Positions 1 to 13,339 of a DNA stretch of 64,000 nucleotides are shown here, piece by piece. The first letter of the stretch is position 1. Every line of letters starts with the position of its first letter. The DNA comes from Parasitella parasitica NRRL 2501 (taxonomy: Eukaryota; Fungi; Mucoromycota): the NCBI GenBank assembly GCA_025201805.1, contig MU619269.1, positions 89,266-153,265 of the forward strand, written 5' to 3'. Both the position numbers and the translations under genes were made by a program. The notes beneath the pieces were generated by a model, which did not search any database, was not told the DNA's origin, and worked only from the letters and a program-made list of their open reading frames with translations.

Positions 1-1060
1 CCCTTCACATATTTATACCGCATTTCTGTATACCCTTAATAAATCATTATTAATTGCTCCATATCTGATCATCTCGACCAGTTGCAAGATTTTGTCGTGC
101 CCCAGCCACTTGAGCATTGGATTATTGGGCGGTTAAACGACCGGTTGATCATCTGTATATGAAAAATGGATTAGCAGTGTTACATATATCAAACATGATT
201 CATGAAACGCAAAAGAGGGGAAAGTTTCCAGTAAGCATCTGGTCGTCAACCTATTGCCCTTACCAGTAGCAAAGAACCAGCCTTCTTACCAAGAAGAATC
301 CAGTTAGAAACAGGATATAACTACCCAGTCATTGCGTACGGGAAGAAACATTCATACAAACGAGCGTAGAAGGCAGCACTCAGGAAAGAACTTCCGACCT
401 TGACGTAACAGATCAACCCCGCAACAAGACGAAACTCTCTGAGCAAACATGACAAAGCTTGCTCTCAGGTTGGTATTATTTTAGTTTGTTGTATAAGATG
501 ATGTGAGGCTTAATCCAGCTCTGAGAGAGTAAACCTACATTAATAATGCCAAAGTAAATCATTCGTAGCTATTGTTGCCCCCCCCCAAAGCTACTGTAAG
601 TATAAACACTTTTCATAGAATTGAGCCCATAAAACAGATGCTTTTGCTCTCTCTTGCGCATCATTTCAGCAGTGTACTAGGACATTGTCTACTTGCTATA
701 CGATATCCTCACACACAACAGTAATACCACTATTATGTATCATATCCCAGCCCAACCTGTCATTGGAACGAACCTAGCTAATAGGCCTCATTAACAAAAT
801 CATTACTTTATGAATGTGCTCACTAAATACACCATGTGGAACTAATTGCATCAACGACGCTGTTAGCAACCGGCTCCTCTTAATTCGGTTTTTGTGTTGC
901 TCCAATGTCTGCAAGTAGACAGAAGGAAATAATAGCCATTTTTGCACGTGAAAGGGTGTATAATGATTGTAATTCTTTTTCCCTTTGGGCCAATTTCCGC
1001 TTCTTTTCTCTTTCCATACCTTTTTCTTTTTTTTTAGTTGAATTGATAACATTAGCAAAA

Positions 1061-2991
1061 ATGCCTTCTGCAGCAGTCAAATACCATATCTTTTCAGAGA
1101 AAAACTTCCAGGGGTTGGTTTATTGCGATTATTGCGAAAAACTGCTGTGGGGACTTGCAAGACAGGGATTACATTGTACAGGTAAAAACACATCCACACA
1201 CATGGCACGCGTGCAGTCTGTACTGACCAAGATATATGGCAAACAGGATGCGGCTACAATTGCCACACCGCATGTAGTGATATGGTAATTCAATGTAGAC
1301 CTACTCGACGCTTGAGCCCAGATTCTTTGTCAGTAACAGACTCAGAGGCAGAATCAGTTTCCAAATACTCTCTTCCCTCTCACACCAACCGAAGTTCATT
1401 GAATTATAATACGGATGACAATAACAGTAATGCAAGCAGTAGCCGAAAACGTAAAACATCAGATATTATCTTACCACCTCCCAGCAGTCTAACTCGCAGT
1501 TTATCATCCTCCAAGATCGAAGAGCCTCTTAAATCGCCATCTTTTTCAGGGACAACGTTCAACAATGGCAGCAACAGCGAGCAGTTACTCGGTAGCCAGC
1601 GAAACAAGACGACGTTGAACAAATCTTACCGTAAATCAATAAAGCAACAGTTGCAAAAACACCAATTAATCAAGAATAGCGATCTTGATTTATTGAGCCC
1701 TAATGCAACAGCAAAAGCATTCACGAGATTAGTTGCAAGATCAAAAGCATTCTTTTACATTGGGATGTCGATATATGATGTATACAGCTGGAAAAACAGA
1801 GCAAACTCTACTTTGGTCAGCTTATTTTGGATATGTTCATGTAGGATGCATTTAAGAATATCCAAGTCCTCACTAATAGCTGACACTGTAATTGTTATCT
1901 AGGTTTCAACTCTAGAACCGTGTTACTCATTCCGCCCCTTCTGATCTGGTTACTCTATAATCAAACAGGCATTATACGCTCGCAGCAGGATGCTTCGCAA
2001 GTTTTGCTTCCTCGCTTCGACGAGAGTACACCTGAATATTATACCAATCTGGAGAGCATGCAATACGCATTCATCTTTTTTATCAGACTGTACGACAATC
2101 TTGCGTATCATTTACAGCATGTCCACTTGAATAGAACAACATACAAAGTATTATTCGCCTCGAGCTTATGCACCTCTTTCATCTTTTATTATATGGGTAG
2201 ATGGTTGGTTATGATTGCTGGTTTGATGGTCTTGTTGAACAAGACTTGGTTCGGTTCCTTTATTGAAGCTATGCTGCAATTCCTGATGGAGGTTGTACAA
2301 ACCGCTGTGGATATATTTCAGAAAATCAAATCATCTAAAAAAGCAGCAGTTGAAAGAAAACCTATCCACGTTTCAGTGTACGAAAATCAAAGGTGGTGGG
2401 CAGGAACAGGATATACATCTCAGGTAAAAGCAGTTTCGGGAAACAATCCAAGTAGCCCACTTTTTGTTGACACATAGCAAACTATAGTTGTTGCGATCAG
2501 AAAGATCGGCTTGGTCCAATATTACAGGCTTAGAGCCATTACCATCAAAAGAGGAAATGCCATCGCCGGCGCTCTATACTTGGGCAGATGACGATACTGA
2601 CTGGCATCTAGATACTACAGGTCCTTGGACAGATGATGTCCTTGAGATAGGTAAAATATAATACAGGCATCATTTTTATATATGAAGTCTCACGTACTTT
2701 TCTTTTTCTTTTACAGTGGTAAACATTACATCTTTTTTTTTTTTAGCATGTGTAACTCTAAAATTAATTAATATTCTCGCAATATAGACTTTGATAGAGT
2801 GTGATGAAAATGGCTGGGTTTATACAGATCATCATTGGGCAAATCCTCGAGGTCGACAAGAAATAGCTAAAGGCAGAGCTGCTGTTATTGCAAACAGCCA
2901 TCACAGTGATACATCGAAAGCCTTGACCAGAAGAAGAAGATGGTATAGAAAAGCTGTTCCTATTGTTACAGCAGATAAAAAGATAGAATAA
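1061..2991 (+). CDS. C1 (DAG/phorbol-type zinc finger) domain fused to Pex24p/Pex28-32-family membrane peroxin with C-terminal dysferlin domain; spliced
   Basis: Spliced N-terminus [42 protein letters not shown] fits C1 spacing. A hydrophobic hairpin region follows, then DysF motifs YENQRWW, DENGWVY and LTRRRRWYR. GT-AG introns join the ORF fragments. Confidence 0.8.
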
Positions 2992-3069
2992 AACAAACAC
3001 GCTGATTTTCAATATAAAAAATTGACTTGGCAACCGCATTTAGCATCTTTTTCTTCCTCGTTGTTCATC

Positions 3070-4813
3070 ATGGCCAACAATACACTACCACTACATAACC
3101 ATAAAGAAAAGGCACCATTGCCAATTGGAAGCTCATCAGTTACTAGAAGATTTGCAGCGTTCTGTATAGTATTACTTATCGTTGCTTATTCTTTCACGAT
3201 GTCTTCGACCACACACAATAAGTCGGCTATGTCGCCAAAATCTATAGAATACAATATAAACCCGTTGTTTTGGGCGCCTACTCTGTCAGACAGAGCTGGG
3301 AAAAGTGCATTTCCCAAGAGTCTTTTTACAGCAAAAGCATTGAAAGAGAATGAATTCAACCCAGTCTCTGCAGTCGTCTTGAGGGTAACTGACGACGATC
3401 AAAGCATAGAATATGCGGTCAAAAACTTGATCAAATACCCCTTCATCAGCGATATCTATATCCACAATCTTGTCAAAGAGAGGCCGTTGACAGTAGATGT
3501 AGGCTCAAATTGTATGACTAGAATGAATTTCAGCTAAATATCCTATAGAGTCTAAAGCTAGACCCTAAACTGAAGGAAAGCATTAGGATAGAAATCATGG
3601 AGCCAGACGAAGACTTGGGCAGCATGGCTCGATTCACCACTTGTGCCACTGCTTCGAGATTATATTGCTACTTTCAAGATGATGCGTATATAAACGTGTA
3701 CATGGACACATTATATACCAATTTTTTGCGTTTCCCAACGTTAATCCACGCCAATGCAAAGCCATCCCATTACGAAAACCAGATGAAATGGAGATTCTAC
3801 AACAAAGACCTCAAATTACACACAGGTTATGCTGATTTCAGATACGGTGCTTTTGTGCCTCGTTGGAAAGTTCAGAGTTTCTTGACTCAACTGGGTAAAT
3901 CAGGTCTCATAAAGGATAGCATCCGTCAGGCTGAACATTACTTTGCTATTTGGCTAAATCAATATCCTTGGTTGCTTAGCAACCATCCTCATACTTCTAA
4001 AGGTGACAAGGCTACCGATAGAGATATAGCTTATCCACAAACATTAGATCGCCATACAGTAGGTGCTTGTACGTGAATCCCGTTATTTTCATTAACGTCA
4101 ACTGTACATCATCAAGTTTGATGCTATTCGTCATTTACAGATATCTTTAGCTTTGGATCAATCGGATGCACCGCAAGATTATTTTGAAAGACAAGAAGAA
4201 GAACCATCTCTCGAGTACCGCGATGTCCGTTCTTCTTGCGTAAATGATCGATGTTTGTTTATGACCAACATGGACCCTTTTGTTCGGCCATCTCAAGTAA
4301 CATTCGATTATCAAAACATTACATCTATTCCCAAACTGGAAAACATATATGACAGCATGTCTATTGTGCCTTCTTCTCGAGAATGGGACGAATACTCGTA
4401 TCAAACAGCTGTTGATAACGACCCTAATACATGTTGGAATACGATTAAAAGTAAGTTCATGCATTGCTAAAATATTGACCTAATTTTTTTTTTTTTTTTT
4501 ATCAGATCCAAAGCAAAATGATTATTTCGGCCTGATCTTGGTTGGCACATCAAAGGTATCGAACGTTGTAATCGACACAGTAGAGACAGTGAAGCAACCT
4601 GAAAAACAATTCTCCGTTTCTGTTCTACAAAGCGGCGAGACATGGATCCAGTGTAAAGTCGTAGACAAATCTGTATCTGACAGTAACCGCATTAGTTTCG
4701 ACCTTAATTGCCCCAACGTAAAATTGTTTAGAGCCATCAAAGTTACCTTCAAAAAAGATCAGAGTAAGCCTTTCGAAATCTGTGGTCTTTCCATTGATAA
4801 TCTGTCTGTGTGA
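3070..4813 (+). CDS. Uncharacterised type II membrane protein, glycosyltransferase-like (GT-A) domain plus C-terminal discoidin/galactose-binding-like domain; spliced
   Basis: N-terminal TM (FAAFCIVLLIVAYSF), YCYFQDD DxD-like motif, AVDNDPNTCW F5/8-like motif; three canonical introns give a continuous frame. Confidence 0.6.
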
Positions 4814-5074
4814 TCATATTCAATGTTTAATAATAAAAAAGCTGATGCTGATAATAATCTACCAAGTATTTGGGTATTTTATAATACTGAAACACTCAAA
4901 GCGAGCTTTAATGAATCATGCCGCAGCAGTATATGAAATTAACCATTCAATTTATTGGATTTTTATATTACACTCAACAAATTTTGTGAGACATGCTATT
5001 CAAGATAGAAGCATCAAGAAGTAGGGGAAAGAAAGGGATTATGAAATGAATCATGAAATTATACACATGCCAAC

Positions 5075-7408
5075 TTAAAGTTGAACATTGACTTCAGGAA
5101 CGTAACCGAGCTTGTCAAAGTGAGCAATGACGGACTCGGCCTTTGCAGCAGCGTTCTCAGCAGTGATTTTAAAGTGGGGATACAAATCTTTAATGGGGCC
5201 AGAGGCACCAAAGGTTCGCATACCGATTTGACAGTGAGAGTAACGTTCCCAACCAAATGTGCCAAGAGCCTCAATAGAAATGACAGGAACACCAAGAGGG
5301 AAGACTTCCTTCTTGTACTCATCAGATTGTTCATCAAAGAGTTCAGAACATGGCATAGAAACGACTTGAACTGCAATGTTTTTGGCTTTCAAGGATTTGG
5401 CAGCCTCAACGGCAATGGATACTTCAGAACCAGTAGCAACAAAGACGATTTTAGGGTTCTTTTCAGAGGAAAGGATGTAAGCACCCTTGAGTACAGCTTC
5501 AATAGAGGAGCCTTCGAGCTGAGGTAAGTTTTGGCGAGAAAGAGCAACGATAGAAGGACGAGTAAGGTTTCGGATGGCAGCCAAGTAAGTGCCAGAAACT
5601 TCATTACCATCGGCAGGACGGAAAGTAAGCATATTAGGGGTGGCGCGAGTCAACGCCAGAGTCTCAATAGGTTGATGGGTGGGTCCATCTTCACCAAGGC
5701 CAATGGAATCATGAGTCATCACATAAATGACACGCATATGACCCAAGGCAGAAAGACGAGCAGCACCCCAACCGTACGTCAAGAAGTTCAAAAAGGTGCC
5801 ACCATAGGGGACAATACCACCATAAGCAGACATGCCGTTCATGAAGGCAAACATGGCATGTTCACGAATACCGTATCGGAAGTAACGACCAGAATAGTCG
5901 CCAAGCCCGTTCGAAGCAGGTTGGAAGTCAACAGCATTCTTCCAGCGAGTCAAGTTCGAGCCAGTCAAATCTGCAGAACCACCCAAAAGTTCGGGAAGTT
6001 CAGCTTCAATGGCGGTCAAGACACCCTCAGATAACTTTCGAGTGGCAACCTCAGGGTCAGAAGGAGTGAAACGGGGAAGTGCCTTCTCCCAACCTGAAGG
6101 CAAAGCATTGGAGAATCGACGTTCAATCTCGGCTGCTTCCTTGGGATGCTTTTCTTTATAAGAAGCAAAGAGCTTATTCCACTCTTCCTCGTACTTGGTA
6201 CCTTCTTCAGCACGCTTATGATACAAATCATAGACCTTAAGTAAAATGTATTAGTATTGCGCTTCTTAATCTCCAAACACATGCCACTTACTTCCTTGGA
6301 AACATCGAAGGTTTTCTCAGGGTCGAAACCAAACTTGGTTTTAAGTTGCTTGATATCATCATCTAAAACAGAGTCGATTAGTCTCGAGCATCAGACAAGT
6401 TTATCACTAGCTTTCAACCTACTTGAAAGAGGAGCGCCATGGACCTTCTCTTCGCCTTGCATCAAAGAGCCGTAACCTAAGATGAAAATATACAGAATTG
6501 TCAATATTTGCGCAATAATTACATGAAATCTTGTCACATATCCGCTCTTGCACGATAATGTGGAACAAGCAGTGAGACATACCAATAGTTGTTCTGACTT
6601 TGATGAGAGAGGGCTTATCAGTAACCTTTTGAGCCTCCTTGATGGCTTTCTCAATAGAAGCATAATCGTTGTCACCATCGTCGATAACTTGGACATGCCA
6701 GTCATACGCCTCGAAACGCTTGAGGACATCTTCAGTGAAAGAGACAGCGGTATCACCATCGATAGTAATATGATTGTCATCATAGAACGCAATGAGCTTA
6801 CCGAGCTTCAAGTGACCGGCCAGAGAACAAGCCTCAGAGGCAACACCTTCTTGGAGACAACCATCACCCAGAATGACATAAGTATGATTGTTGAAGATTT
6901 CGAAACCAGGCTTGTTATAAGTAGCCGCAAGCTGAGCTTCAGCAGCAGCCATACCAACAGCATTGGCGATACCTTGACCAAGTGGTCCAGTGGTAACTTC
7001 AACACCTTCGGTATCGATACGTTCAGGATGGCCAGGAGTCCTTTAATTGATGATTGTGTCAGTAAAAAAAAAAAAAAAAAAAAATTGAACGCGTATGATT
7101 TTCTTATCAACTTACTTGGAACTCAATTGACGGAAGTTCTTCAAATCATCCATTGTTACATTGTAACCCAAAAGATGGAGGATAATGTATTGAAGAGCAC
7201 AGGCATGGCCGTTGGAAAGGACGAAACGATCACGGTTCTTGAAATAAGGGTTTTTGGGGTTGGCATGAAGGAACTTTGTGAACAGAGTATGGGCGATAGG
7301 AGCACAGCCCATAGGAGCACCGGGATGACCAGAATTGGACTTGCGGACAATGTCAGCAGCCAGTACACGAATAGTGTCAATAGCCTTTTGTTCGAGAGAA
7401 GACGCCAT
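5075..7408 (-). CDS. TKL1: Transketolase; spliced
   Basis: [44 protein letters not shown] motifs. Confidence 0.97.
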
Positions 7409-7807
7409 GTTGTATGATTAAAATTTCAAGTTTAAAAAAAGAAGAAGAAAAAGTTCCATACATTAGCCTTCTTTTATAATGCACAACTGGGTCGGCGCAG
7501 GATATCCGAGTAAGAAATGCGTCATGTATTTGATGTAATAGGCTGCGACCCAGAATTGAAAGAGACCCGCTCAATGAAAAACATGTTCCACTTTGCTGAC
7601 AAAGTAATCGCTATCATTTGCAGCATTTTTATGTAAGCAGACGCTTTATATTTGTACATTTACCCGCCTCCAAATCCATCGGTAATACAATGTGGTGCTT
7701 GTCTTGACTAAATGATGACAAAAATACAAGAAAGTGGGGCTTTTCATTTTTTGGGTTATTTGTCAGAACGAGGATTTTTATTTTAACTCATCAGTCAATA
7801 GATTTAG

Positions 7808-9316
<1,509 letters not shown>

Positions 9317-10481
9317 TTAGTTGTTTTTCTTCTTGCAGCGTTCAAATTTAAATATCAATATACGAGCAACGAGCAATCAAACCAAATTTCAAGAGTAATG
9401 ACAATTCCATATAGTAAAATATATACAAAGAAAACAAGAAAAAATGAATCAGAAAATTTTTTTATTATTTAAATTATTTCCAATAAAGGGAGCATGGGAC
9501 AATCTGCGGGTCCAATCGAATCATCAGTCATTGTCAAGAAAAAGGGGGAGATCAAGGAAGAATTAATCAGCCAATAGACCGTATATCGTGCAATTGCTTG
9601 CCTCATGTAATTACTAAAGCTCCAACTACACCACATACATGGCCTCAACAATAAAATCTTGAGTACAATGGGTTTACCAAGTAGGCCATGCTAAACATCC
9701 AAAATGGCAGTAATATTGTAAACTCATCTATGCATGTCTGCTAAACGTGTTGCTAATTTGTATGCATTTACTTGCCTCTTGCACACTTATTAATGCTAAT
9801 AAGACTCCAGGGCATCGCTCTTGGAGTCTGTCTCAAAGGTTTGATAGCTTCCTTAAGAATAGAGGAAAATAATAGTTACTTTAACGACAAACTATACATT
9901 TTGTGAAGCTAAAGAAAAAGCATGGATTATAAGAAAAACGTCGAATAAAGAGACATAGATAGGCTAAAGAGAGTGATTGATCACCTCTATGAGAGACGGG
10001 GCCGCAAGAAATATGTATTTAAACATACAATACATGAGGTGGTGAATAATGAGAATAGCCGGGTAAGAAGTCTAAAGTTACTCATCCCTCCATGTTGGAC
10101 CATTTTATGTGCTTTGTAAATGAATTAAGTTTGAAGTGCCATTGAATTTCGAAAAGAATAGATATCGCTTTCCAATATCTACTTGCTCTTTGACTTTGAC
10201 CAGTGATTAAACTCACGTGTGGTGTAAAGTAGACTGAACCTTATTAGGCTTAATAAAACATTCCAGCTATATCAAGTGCCTCCCTGCATACAACCATCCA
10301 TTTTGCTTATGGTATTAAAAAGACTAGATGCTGTGCAGCAATCAATAAACTATCTGTCACACATAGCAAATTGTTGCAGATTCTAATTTTCTATGTATGA
10401 TTATAGCAAGAAAAACACTGATATTTATACAATTTAGTTTTTGTTGACATCCCGCGTAACCAAATTCATTGAGTTCTTGCA

Positions 10482-10489
10482 TATATAAA
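10482..10489 (+). promoter_or_regulatory. TATA box upstream of the DUF3472-like pseudogene
   Basis: TATATAAA about 45 bp before ATG 10534. Confidence 0.4.
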
Positions 10490-10533
10490 GCGAGAGATAG
10501 AAGTGAGGTATATTCTTCCCAAATATTCATACA

Positions 10534-11830
10534 ATGATTCTTTCTCGTGTAGTTGCCCTCACATTAATAGCTATTTGGCAAGTATCAGGCGTAGATGCCC
10601 ATAACAGATGGGGCCTTCCTAGTGCGTTTAAACCTATAAAAGACCTTGTGTCTTCGTATGCCCACAGGCTTCAATCCTGTTCATACATATTCGATGGCCA
10701 ATTGATTCACTGGTGAATATATGGGTTTCCAGCATAAAAGCGGAACAGTGCATCGCATTATCTTCTCTGTTTAAGATAATGGTAAAGGCAGCATTGTTGA
10801 TGTCTTGGACAAGGGCGAGAATGTTAAAGCCAAAGGCTTTGGAGGCGAGGCCACTGGTTCTCAAGCTAACAAGGTTTATAATTCGAAGGGTGGAAATACA
10901 ATATTTCAAGGTAACATCTGATGTCAATGAAGCTTAAAATGAACCTACTTTGTCTGGCTAATACAGCACCAATAACGGGGACACTTGGAAACTGATAGAT
11001 ATCTTCTTAGCTCACAGCCAGATGATCCCTCTCTCCAGTCCTTACGGTTTTTTGGGAAGCTTTGACCACAATTCAACTACATTGAAAGAAAGTGTCTATG
11101 AAAATCAAACTATTACCGGAACTGATCGAAAGTGTTGGAATCAAAAAAGATAAAAATTAGAGATTAACGAGATACGAAAACTTGATGAAACTTTAAGATT
11201 GAAATTGCAACTGCAATTTATACCTTTTACAACTAAAAAAAAATTATGGTGACTCATTTAGATTACTAATTGACAAGACTAATTCCCAGTAAAAATCTAC
11301 TTGACAGGATACGATGTAAGGTTATATAACAAGGGCTACACGTCTTTAATCTGACAGTAGTGCCTTAATTTTTATCATGGTGCTCAGATCTGCGTTACTT
11401 TCAGGAATAACCTTCTTGATGTGATGTGATACGCTTGTGTAAACAGGAGAATAAAGTCTTTGTTTCAAATCAAGAAGGTTATCTGTATCACATATCTGTA
11501 TGATTGACAAACAATAAGGTACTGTCAGATCAAAGATCAATAGCCTTGTAGTATAATAATACATCATACCCTGTTAAGGATATGATGTTGCTTGCAAATT
11601 ATTCTTATCGATTAGTATCGACTAGTATTTTAAATAAGTCACCAAAAACTTATGTAGTTGTAAAAAGTATAAATAGCAGATGCAAAGTTGAATCTGAAAT
11701 AAAGTAATCTTAAGTTTTCGTATCTCGTTAACTCAACGTTTTATTTTATACTTTTCTTATTTCGATCTTGCAGATCTCAACAGTAACAGAATCACCACTA
11801 ACAAAAAAGAGTGGTGTATACCGTGAGGTT
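10534..11830 (+). pseudogene. Decayed secreted DUF3472/DUF5077-like gene, interrupted by a foldback element
   Basis: Signal peptide MILSRVVALTLIAIWQVSG, then after a frameshift PTGFNPVHTYSMAN*FTGEYMGFQ...RIIFSV*D...KGENVKAKGFGGEATGSQ...DTWKLI...YGFLGSF...YENQ. Stops at 10703 (TGA) and 10772 (TAA) fall where Gly and Trp are expected. No introns evident. The 3' end is approximate. Confidence 0.65.
11124..11767. mobile_element. Non-coding foldback/MITE-like element (long imperfect palindrome)
   Basis: TTAACGAGATACGAAAACTT (11164-11183) is the exact reverse complement of 11712-11731. ATAACCTTCTTGAT (11407-11420) pairs with 11469-11482. Several intermediate blocks also pair. Outer ends are GATCGAAA / TTTCGATC. 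Confidence 0.85.
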
Positions 11831-12024
11831 CACTTAATTGTGTTAGGAACTGATCTTAATGATGTTACCAATTGGAAGAATTCTGACACCTTTATCAACA
11901 CAAAGTAATCGAAACAATCAATTGTCGTTAAAAAGAGATTCTTGTTTATTTCGTTACAATTAGCTTTGTGTTAGTGGACACGCCCAATGGAATGAAGGGT
12001 AAAAAAAAATCACTGTAGTTGGGT

Positions 12025-12026
<2 letters not shown>

Positions 12027-12056
<30 letters not shown>
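12027..12056. repeat. (GA)15 microsatellite
   Basis: Direct reading. Confidence 0.95.
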
Positions 12057-12061
<5 letters not shown>

Positions 12062-12179
12062 AACAGCTCGTATGTAGTGAAACTTGATGTCTTGATGTAT
12101 AAAAAATATATTGCAAAGTGTTATCTTTATTTTTTGAGTTGAAATACATGCAACAAAATTCAAACCGTTACTTTTTTCT

Positions 12180-12560
12180 TCTCGGTTAAAGGCATAAGCT
12201 GTGCCTAATATCTTTGCAATATATCCAGGTTTTATGCAGCGCCTCGAACCATCTTTAAATTCTGTCCTTTTTGTACCCTCAAACAATTGTTTGTTAGCCT
12301 CTTGCTGAACAACAATAGGTGAGACCCTGAGATATGTTGATGTTGGTACCAAAATAATATCAGAATGCGTATCATTTTACCGATCAATTCATTGAGTAAT
12401 TTCTATTTATACAGTAGAAAGTCTGCTTTCTTTTTTGGAAATATGATTTGCTCTTAGATTGCGAATTAGACAAGTCAAAGCTACAGCCTCCAAACGCATT
12501 CCTTCAGTTTGCTTTCGAGAGTTTCTCGATGCGGTTGCACAAGAAGGCCCACTTGTTCAA
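12180..12560 (-). pseudogene. Possible remnant of a Mucorales multi-copy PD-(D/E)XK-like gene family
   Basis: NDTHSDIILVPTSTYLRVSPIVVQQEANKQLF resembles a recalled RSDVLYVP..LPP..IEVQ..VN..F motif; neighbouring frames are broken by stops. Confidence 0.3.
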
Positions 12561-12967
12561 ATAATTAGCATTTTGGCGGTAAAGTTTATAATCGTTAATG
12601 CATGATTTTTGTACAGTGAGTTGGCGAAACAAGTCTTTATTGGACTACAATAGCTGTGGCTATATTCTGGGTTCGCATGTGTACGATTTCAGTTCGGGAG
12701 AGCACAGTTGAAGCATTTGGACTTGATGTGACATTTTAAGCCGACGATGTGTATCATACAACAACGCCAAGTAATGCGGAGCATGTAGAATACTAAACGA
12801 TTGCTTCATTCTCAATTAGCAATTTCTATTGGATAAAGCAGCCTTAATCATGAGCAACCATCACCTGAAAAATATAAAAGTTTCCGCTTTTTTATTCGCT
12901 CTCCCTTTCTCTTTTCTTCAACATCAAAATATATTTAAACTTTTTTTTTTTTTTTTATTTATATACA

Positions 12968-13283
12968 ATGTCCAAGTTTGGAACCGATGAGAAGCCCATA
13001 GACACCTCGTACTACGAATTGTTAGACATTCCTACCAATGCTGAAGCTATACAAATCAAGAAGGCCTATAGGTATGCATTGGGATTGCTATGATATGAAT
13101 CCCCTGTAAATTAACAATAATTTTTCGTAGAAAACTTGCCATGGTAAATTCTCAATTGCCATCCTACAATTAGAGTAGATCTTGCATATTTACTTTTCAC
13201 TCATGTAGGTTTACCATCCGGATAAGAACAAGGACCCAGGAGCTGAGGAAAAGGTATGATAGACAGCAAAATTTTCATTGGAA

Positions 13284-13339
<56 letters not shown>

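Noticed and set aside
1-480. Coding-like composition at the window start
   Set aside because: The frames I read are broken by stops and no family motif was recognisable.
5081-7417. Long plus-strand ORFs (148, 167, 289 aa)
   Set aside because: Antisense shadows of the codon-biased transketolase gene.
9900-10200. Possible Mutator-like transposase fragment
   Set aside because: Only a vague resemblance; no catalytic motif or TIR seen.
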